Assembly: GCA_044892525.1 (NCBI GenBank)
Contig: CM097886.1
Span: 15,810,001 to 15,874,000, forward strand
DNA length: 64,000 nucleotides
Source: Schmidtea polychroa
Lineage: Eukaryota
Reading direction: 5' to 3'
The notes below the pieces were generated by a model. The model was given only the letters and a program-made list of their open reading frames with translations. It ran no database searches and was not told the origin of the DNA. Positions 36,654-64,000 of this stretch are shown here, piece by piece. Within the stretch, counting starts at the first letter, position 1; every line of letters starts with the position of its first letter. Both the position numbers and the translations under genes were made by a program.

Positions 36654-39600
36654 TATTACAGTGTTATACAGTAAATAATTTGATTATAACTTGTTTAAAT
36701 ATAAAAGTAAATTTTATAGTTAGTTTTTTAAATTCAAAGTAAAGTTAATTTGTATATAAAATAATTTTATAACTCTATTTTAGAACAGAAATTCAATATT
36801 ATTTGTGATAAAATTTCAGTGGCTTTTTTGAAAATTCTTTCGCTTCTATCCAGAGAACTACAGTTTATTGTTTGCGAAACTTTATCTCAGTCATTAATGG
36901 GTAGTTTAACTTTAAATAATAAATAATGTGATATAAATTTATAGATGAATTCAACTTACTGTCATTAGCTGTGGATATATGAATGAAATTCGGAAAGAAC
37001 TAGGTTTATTTCTTTATCCTAATATAAATATTTTATTAATTAATTTAAAGGATGCTCATATTCTGTTTTATTAGATGGTTCAATAGATTTCTTTGTTTAG
37101 GACTTCGCCAACTAAGTAATTGATAATAATAATTAAAATGAAAAAATAAATACAAATTTGTTGATATTATTAGAATTTGTTCTCAGAATAAAATCTTAAA
37201 AATAATAATAATTAATAATAATTAATAATAATACTAATAATTATAATAATAATAATGCTAGATTACCGACAAATTCGAGAGAAAATTAAATTATTACGTA
37301 ATCGATGATTAAAACAAAAATTTTAATTAAAAAGAAAAAAAAAGTAGGGGGATATATTTAAAAATTTTTAAAAAAAGAAAAAGTGAGGGGGGGTATCTGG
37401 ATCTGGAGTGCACATGGATCTGGAGGACTGATACTAATTCTCCAGTGATTTATGAGTTTTCCCTGAATTATCAATGAGGTTAATTAATTAATTAATTAAT
37501 TTGTATTATGGTTCTAGACCCTCTTAGGAACATCTCATCAATTTAAAATCATTTTATAAGTCCTCAGGTTCTCATTCATCACCGGTTACCACTTCCCCAT
37601 CCGAAAATAGTGATTTTTACTTTTTAAAATATTTTATTAGTTTTTAATTAATTTATAATAATTTTCAATTTTTCGTTATGTTGTATACCGTTTTTTAAAT
37701 CTCTCAGTAATTTTTTAATTAATTTATAAATTAAATTAGTCGTCCACGAAGAGTCGAAAAATATTTAATAAAAAAAATTATTTCTACTAAAGTTTAAGTT
37801 ATCATGTATTTCAAGCTCGGAAATATTTTTTATTGATTAAATTGATTTGTTTATATTAATTAATCATTCGATTAGTTTATATTTCTTAAATACCATTGTC
37901 TAAGGATCCCCAATAGATTTAAAATTATTTTATTAGTTTCACCTCTTCATTTGATACCTGTCCATTCTTTCCGAAAAATATTAATTTTTACTTTTTATAA
38001 TTTTTAATTAGTTTTGCAATTCAATTTTATTTTCTTGTTTTATGTTAAATTTTGTATTTTAATTGTGTTGCATACAAGTTTATTTATTTTTTATAGTAAA
38101 TGCCTAATTTATTAATTTTTAATAATACAAAGAGCTTCTTGTGTATGAGAAAAAAACAATACCACTGAAGAGAATGAGCGAACTAGAAATAACAATAATA
38201 AACATTACGCGGGGATAGAATATTTTGAATATGAAAAATTGGGAAGAATTGATACATTTTTATTATTAATCTGTTCAACCAGGCTCATTTCTGTTGATGG
38301 TATTAAAAAATTGAATGCTGAGAATTCTAAATGCTAAAACCAATAATTTAAAGAGATGAGGATAAATGCATTGCATTGAATTTTCGGCTCTGCCTTTTCA
38401 AGTGAGTTTCAAATTTACTTGAAAAAAAAGACAGTGCCGAAAATTCGTGAGTATCAACAAAAATCGATATATTACTGATTTATAGTCTACAAACTCTCTT
38501 TTTAATAAATTCAATCTAAAAAATAATATAATATGATATTTCTCATTTATTTATACTATTTATTTCATATGTGTATGGTTTATATGGTTATATTTATAAA
38601 TACATACTCATAGGTACAAATAATTCAAATAAACTCGCTATCTAAATAAACGATATACCTTATATGCTGTATTCTCAAGTACTTTTAGACTTAGAATATT
38701 TTAAAATAAGTAGGTAACTGTATTCAATAAAGAAAACAGTTATTTTCTTTCTTTTTTTATTAGTGAAACGTATTATTCTGAATGTAATATATAACAAATT
38801 GCAATAAATTATTATTTCTTGTATGCGATTTCTCTCAAGGCCCTGCTAGGAAACTTTGTACTGCGTCCCACTTTTGTTTGGGCCAGCCCTGCTGTTTGAT
38901 TAGGTTTTTCCACGCTACTCACAAAACGTACGCATCTTGCTCATTAGAAATGATAAAGAGCTTAAAAGAGGATAATCGCTTGTTTGGCCATATTGTTTTT
39001 AGACTGACTCATCTATATTTTTGTTTATTGGGATAAATAAAAATTTTAGTTTTTCAAAACTTCTCATCATCAAAGATAAGTTCTTTAGAGAAAATATGTT
39101 CAGTTGTTTAAATGAATGACTAAAAAAATCTAGAAACTAGTTACTAATTTAATTTCGAAATATGATTTAATATGAAATTCGAATCTGTTAATTTGACATG
39201 AATTCTCGAAAAATCGTGAATGAGATCTATCTGGTGTTGGACTGATTTGAAGGAGTAAATAATAAAATTAAAAAAGAACGATAACACACATGGTCCGTAC
39301 GCGCCGGAATGACCGAGCTTCACTTGAGTTGTGGTAGGACTAAATTCATGTTGTTAGAATAATAAATAGGTCATCGATTAGAATGAAATCCTGCCTCGCG
39401 TTAAATGACCAATTGAATCCCATAAGGATTGTGGCTATTTTAAGATGTGTGAAACTCGGATCGAATTGTTTTTACGCCGATTAAAATTTAAACATCTTCG
39501 AACTAACGTTCAGTTGACTAAATCTACCACCGACTGGACTAGATCATATTCTACTGACTTACTACCTCATCGCAACCTACTCTGAGTGGACATGCTGATA

Positions 39601-40900
39601 TGGAGTTTAATCTAAACGAAATCTTAACCAGATAACTCGAAATGATATAGTTTGTAGTAAATCAATACAATTTTAACGTTTGATGTTGATATTTAAAGTA
39701 CAGGTATGAGATTATGCGCTTTCGAGGAACTTAATGGTCGAAGGATCGAATCTTGTAAGCTATCTGTGTAAACATTGACAATGGATAAAATGTGTGAGCA
39801 ACGTACTGCCTTTTAACCAATATGATGGTTGACATGGATACACAAATGGTAAAAGTAAAACAGTGGTAAGTAAAATAAGTGTTCCATGGATGTGTCATAA
39901 ATCATAGAGATTCAATCAAGTTAACCCTCAAGCATCAACACTGGGAATGTGAGAAATATTTTCATAAGTTTAAATAATTTCCTGGGTTAACTGTGTTGTT
40001 ATCAATTTTATTGTACCCGCCTTTATTATATAATGTGCTTACACATCTGATTGGTCATCGCATTTATTTACCGTATTTTTGCTATAATGAGCCACGTTGA
40101 AAACAGAGCCTTTTCTGATATAGTTAGAACTCGTAGATTTAAGTTGATGGGCTCATAAATGATGATATTAACAAAGTTTCATCTGAAATTGAGATTAAAG
40201 AAATTACAAATTTCCACTTTTCAAATCTTAAATTTTTGTTCATTTTCAGTAAAAATTTTTTCATATATTGGTCAAACGAAATGATTTCCAGTTTCGTCTG
40301 TCGCTTTCATTCACAGCCAAATCCCAATTTTGGAATTGTAACTTTTTAATTACTCAAAAAATATACTACCAAAGGATAAAAGTATCATAATGATTCAAAA
40401 ACTGTTTTGGAAATATTTCTAAAAAAAAGTTACTTAAAACCCACCCAAGAAAAATTTCCAAACTAGATTCAAATTAACAGAAAGAGTGAAAGTCAAACAT
40501 TAGGAACTCGTTATTCTTTGCTAGTGCAAATATTTTTGATGAATAATTTTAGACGGAATATTGTCTGATGACTGTTTTCATTATCATTTGCGACAGGAAT
40601 AAATCATTGGAAAAGCGGTAATTATTTGCATATATATGACCTCATGCAAATGCCACATTGACATGGGCGCTTACGAATTATCCGACGATATCCTGTTAGT
40701 TACACCAACAGAATCGTCGTCAGATTACCGAGCACAGTTTGGGCTGGAAATGCAATCTGTCGACAAATCGAATTCAGACATTCACAATCATTGGCACGGA
40801 AAATATTAACAATTCCAAACCCAATATGGCACATTATTGAAAACAATAATTCAAAGGGGAGGATTTATTCACAACTAGCAAGTGAGAAGAAACAATCAAA

Positions 40901-56969
<16,069 letters not shown>

Positions 56970-59322
56970 GATTCAGAAAATTTCAACTTTCATAAATCGA
57001 TACAAATTGAAAAGAAAAAATTCGATATTGAAAAAAAATCGAGAAAAAAAAATAAAATGCAAGAAAATTAAATTTTAAGAAAATATTTAAATCAAATTTT
57101 CTTAGTAAATTAAATAATATGTTTATTTATTAAAACAAACGCTATTTTATTCAATTTAGTATAAATATTTATTATAATTATTCAATTAAATTTTTATTGA
57201 AATTTGGTAATCAATTTTATATTAAATTTTATATTGATGTGAATTAACGTTAAAAATTGTATTCAATAAATTATTTAAGTAAAATAATTTATTTCAATAA
57301 AACTACATTAGTAATATAGTATTTTATCTTTAAAAACAAAGTTAAAATTATTGGTGCTGGTTATTACGGGTCTCTCATTTACAATGAAGAATGTAAATGA
57401 CACAAAATAGTTATTATATGACCAGTTTTTAACCCGTGACAATCTCTTATTAATAATACTTTCACGAATTCACTAAATTCTTTACAAAATCCTTTTGAGA
57501 AATGAAAAAAAACTCGATTTAATTTTGTAATGGAGCATGCAAAAAATAAACAATATAATGTTATTTAAATAGTATTAAATATAATGTTTGTAATACTGGG
57601 TCTGCTATAATCCCATTTCCGCATCTCGTAGAAACCTATATTAAGTCCGATCATATTGGCTTCTTTTCTTTGTCAGTGAAGAATTCTCTTGATCATCCGC
57701 GATTTGTATTTATTCTTTTCATTAAAAAAAATTGCATTCCAATGACCAGTAAACAAATTATATCTTCTTCGGCCTGAAATAATTCACCTTTTTTGTATAG
57801 TTTTGGTGGGGTTTTAACACTGCCCTCATTTAATAAATCTCCTTCTCTAGATGTGATTGTGCTAGATTCATTTTCAAGTTTTCTGTGGCTTTATCCACTG
57901 CACTGAAATGATAAATGTATTAAGAATTTTCCGACACTCAATTATACATGTATTCTACAATCCGAGCTGTATTTCCCTGTGAATCTAAAGCATTACCATT
58001 TTCACTTACCCTTCACATGTATTATGTACATCATCAAACTTATCATGAAATCGCAATGTAGTTTTCCTTGAGTTGTTAGTTAAGATTCTCAAAATTTGGT
58101 TGAGGTTACATAAACGATTACTCCAATCGTTATAAAACAGCATCTTTAAAAATAGCCACTCACATTTTAGGTATTCCGTAGATTAAAGATAGCAAAATAC
58201 TACTATATATTCATCAATCATTCACAATTATTAAAAACATTTGAAAATGTCAGTAAGAATGTAGAACTATATTAAATAATATAGAAATTAAATATGGAGT
58301 TGGTAACTCTATTGATAGAAAGTGATGCAAAAGAACTCGCAAGATTGTTCTTGTCGAATTTGAAATCAATTCCGCGTCATTCGCAGTGAGATATTTTCTT
58401 CGTGTCGATTGTCTATTAGTGTACATTAAATGGCGTTCTAGTAATCCTGTTGTAAATAGGGGTTCTCGCTTAATAACTATTTTGCGCTGTTTCTTTCCAA
58501 CCTAATAGCACTCAATATCAATGGGCTGTATTATCCAATTGTCTAGACACATCACAATCATTTTTTGCATTATCAACTTGAATAACGTCCTCCTTTCTTT
58601 CTTTTCCTTTTTGCTTGAAATTGGAACGTAGTTACTGTTACAAGACTCTAGAAGAATTCGCAAGTGAACTGCAAGTAGTCGTCGTCCACAATGCGTTAAA
58701 ATTTATAAATCCTTTTATTGACACCAAGGATAAATAAAGGCAAAGACTAAAAAATGTCAGCTTTGCATTCGGAAGTCAACGATCAAACCTGATGATGTTC
58801 AAATCCTAACCAATGATTTCTCATAAATCCTCTTACGAAGTCACTACTTGAATGTATCGACATGAATGTGCCTGTTGAACCATCGTTAATTTTTTAGAAG
58901 TACCAACAAGCATAATATTATGAGAGTTAGTACGTTATATACAACGAGAATATATTCATCAGTTCACTCTTAAGGCTGAAATGAAATCTGTTGTTTTAGG
59001 AGCACTTAAAAGAAAATGAGAATTTCTCTTCTATCAGCACACTGAACTTCAGGAATCCGGAACTTAGTTAATTGGGAGTTATCAACTTTTAGATTTCAGT
59101 CAAGCTAAGCAGTACCAAAATGTAATACTATGGGTGCAGTTTGATTGAAATTATGGATATTTTAAGTTGAGCTATAGCATATTGATCATAGCCTATTTAT
59201 ATAAGTCGGTATCAATGTCTGATTGCTTGTTTTCCTTTTATTATGCAAATGGAACAAACCAACACAATAATATTTATTCGAAATTACCGCAATTACACTT
59301 TTGTTATCCACACACTTTAATA

Positions 59323-61782
<2,460 letters not shown>

Positions 61783-63044
61783 CTTTAATACAACAATTTC
61801 ACTTTGCACCACTTTCAGTAACTTTTTATTTTGCACAATTTTCACTATATCACCTTTTGCCTTCCAATGGAGATCTCCCTTTCTGTTACACTAAGACTCA
61901 ACTTGATTTGGATATTACTAAGTTTAAAATCGCTTCAATTACCATTAAATTTACCAAGCTTCTTTCTTTGACCAACTACCAACTCTGTTTACTTGGCTGC
62001 ACTTTTTATACTCATCCTATAATTAAATTCTTTCCCAATCAAATTGATTTCGATATTTTGGGAATCTTTTTCTCCGGGCTTCCCCATGCTCACCTAATTT
62101 GTTTTCACTTTAGAAGTTTTAGGTTTTTGGATAATTCATTTATTTTTATGATAATTTTACCCGAAATTAGTTTACAGTTCGGCTCTCTTTTCTCTCGGGT
62201 TTTCTTCATTCCACAATTTGGCGCTACTTAATGAAATAATTTTGTTTATCACACACTGCTCGGGTTTTCCATTAGATAATTAATTTTTTTGTAAATATTT
62301 CCTCCTTCTGATTTTATTTTATTATATTTAAACTCATCTCATTGTCTGGCATCCGCCTATACCAGTTTCTCCCAGAAACTATTTACTTTGAATCAATATT
62401 TTTGTATTATGAATTTGAGGTTTATTATTGATTTTTCAAATGTATTACAAACAAAATGTCAAATGAGAACATGACTTTCTAAAATTAAATAGTAAAATTA
62501 ATACAATTGGACACACTGGAATTCATACTATCAATGGAGGTTCCATAGATATTCGGCAAATATGTACATTGGAACCCAAAACTTAATCTATGCCGAGATG
62601 AAAGACTTAGGAAAAGTATAATTAATGTCTGTAGCGCTTGTGATAATTTAGCTTGAATTATTCACTAAAAGTACAAATAAATCCAAGAAAAATAGCACTC
62701 CTCAGAATAATTTATTTATTTATCTTAACTACTTTCTCTTTACTTTCTCTCTCTAATCGCTCTCCCATTGAGTAACTATACTCTCACCGTAAATACTTAA
62801 ATGTATCCATACAATTCTTATCTTTCTTTTATTTACTTTAACTGTTTGAAAAGCAACTGTAATCTCAATAGTTTTTGAATACAAAGTTTATTGCAATAAC
62901 TAAAAATCTAGGATCACTAAATGATCTGTAAAATGAACTTTAGCCCTATGATCAGCATAAATTACACTTAAAAATCAATAAAAATCAAAGAACCAATCGT
63001 AATATATTTAAGTCAGAATCTAATCTCCTTGAGGAATTCAAATT

Positions 63045-63363
63045 TCAATTCAGCTTCATCGGTAACGGATTGACCAAATACGATTCGACAAGTTCGAAAA
63101 TGTTGTGGAGTTCCTGATTGGCATCGATTACAACATGATCTTTATAATATTCCTTCAGTTCCGTTACTGTGGAATTATACAAGGCCAATTTGTGCTTGAT
63201 AACTTTTACATCGTCTTTTGGATGCTTGATCATTCGGTTGTATGCTGATTGGTTGACAGGGGGATTGTAGCTGAGATGGTATTGATCTCCAGTCACAGGA
63301 TCCAATCGCCTTTCACATAGTCGTTCCAAACTGACGAATGGCGGTACTTCAAGAAAAAACACC
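63045..63363 (-). CDS. AK8: Adenylate kinase 8-like, terminal exon (rest of the gene lies beyond the window)
   Basis: Acceptor TTCAG at 63364. RVFFLEVP..ERL..RRLDPVTGDQYHL.Y.PP..PKD..NPLP resembles the AK8 C-terminal kinase/lid region. The exon ends in a stop codon. Confidence 0.85.
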
Positions 63364-64000
63364 CTGAATAATGAACTATTAGTAATTGTTTATTGCTGGG
63401 AATAATCAAACCACCTTGGCCTGAATATATTCCCATTAACCCCCAATTATATTAATGAATATGGATATATGAATTCCTTTCGATTTAAGAGGCATTTGTA
63501 AATTCAAATGAACAATCCAATCGAACTGCTTTGTTAGTACACTCGTATCAGTGCTACACAGCACAGATTGGGGTTACCACTGGGAATATTTACAATTTAT
63601 TGCTGTCGATGAAGCATAGGTGAAATGTCATTAAAACTTTTGAAGTATTTATTGAGTAGACCTTCAGTTAATGAAAATTTTATTTGAATCAAATAATCGA
63701 ATCTCTAGAATTCAAAGTGCACTTTGCGTACAATTGGAAAAGTAAGGGAGAGATTTGTTCACGTGTTCTTTTAAGTACTTTTTGAAGTTTCAATAATTGT
63801 CAAAATTTCAGATTAATTAAATAAATGTACAAAACATTATAATAAGGACTGTAAATTAACCCTTCCCAGCCCATTTTTTTATTTTATGCAGGCTGGTTAA
63901 TACAATTGCTTTTCTGTTATATAATAGAACTGTTATGTATATTCAGCATTGCCAACTGTTCAAAATACATTTGGCTTCAAGTCGCGTTAGTTGCTGCCAA

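Larger units (their letters stand above)
34517..37428. mobile_element. Long-TIR (foldback-like) non-autonomous element, superfamily unresolved
   Basis: Inverted termini of about 140 bp starting GTCCTCCAGATCCATGTGCACTCCAGATCCAG. The left arm has three subrepeats of about 69 bp. No TSD was identified. Confidence 0.75.

Overview
AT-rich (about 70% by eye) eukaryotic genomic scaffold with six N gaps, many 47-50 nt introns and (AAT)n/(TA)n microsatellites. It is most consistent with a triclad flatworm, which is an inference only. All recognisable host genes are on the minus strand. They are a complete 10-exon GPI-type melanotransferrin-like gene (367-13107), a PH+PTB Dok-like adaptor (24172 to about 27500), a complete Suppressor of Hairless/RBPJ (CSL) gene (40901-56969) and the last exon of adenylate kinase 8. 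The rest is a dense, often nested set of mobile DNA: six hAT elements with 8-bp TSDs, Ginger-like, mariner/Tc1, piggyBac-type, Penelope-like, Polinton polB and BEL/Pao. Two host-gene fragments (CSTF3, PSMA6) sit in chimeric blocks bounded by direct repeats. Best leads: (1) a hairpin-bearing 90-bp leader repeated in front of both a BEL/Pao fragment and a PSMA6 copy; (2) two alternative Su(H) first exons, only one encoding a CtBP-type PLDLR motif; (3) a cluster of CSL binding sites inside a Su(H) intron, suggesting autoregulation. No prokaryotic system or CRISPR array was seen. Exon models were built by hand from GT-AG signals and frame continuity.
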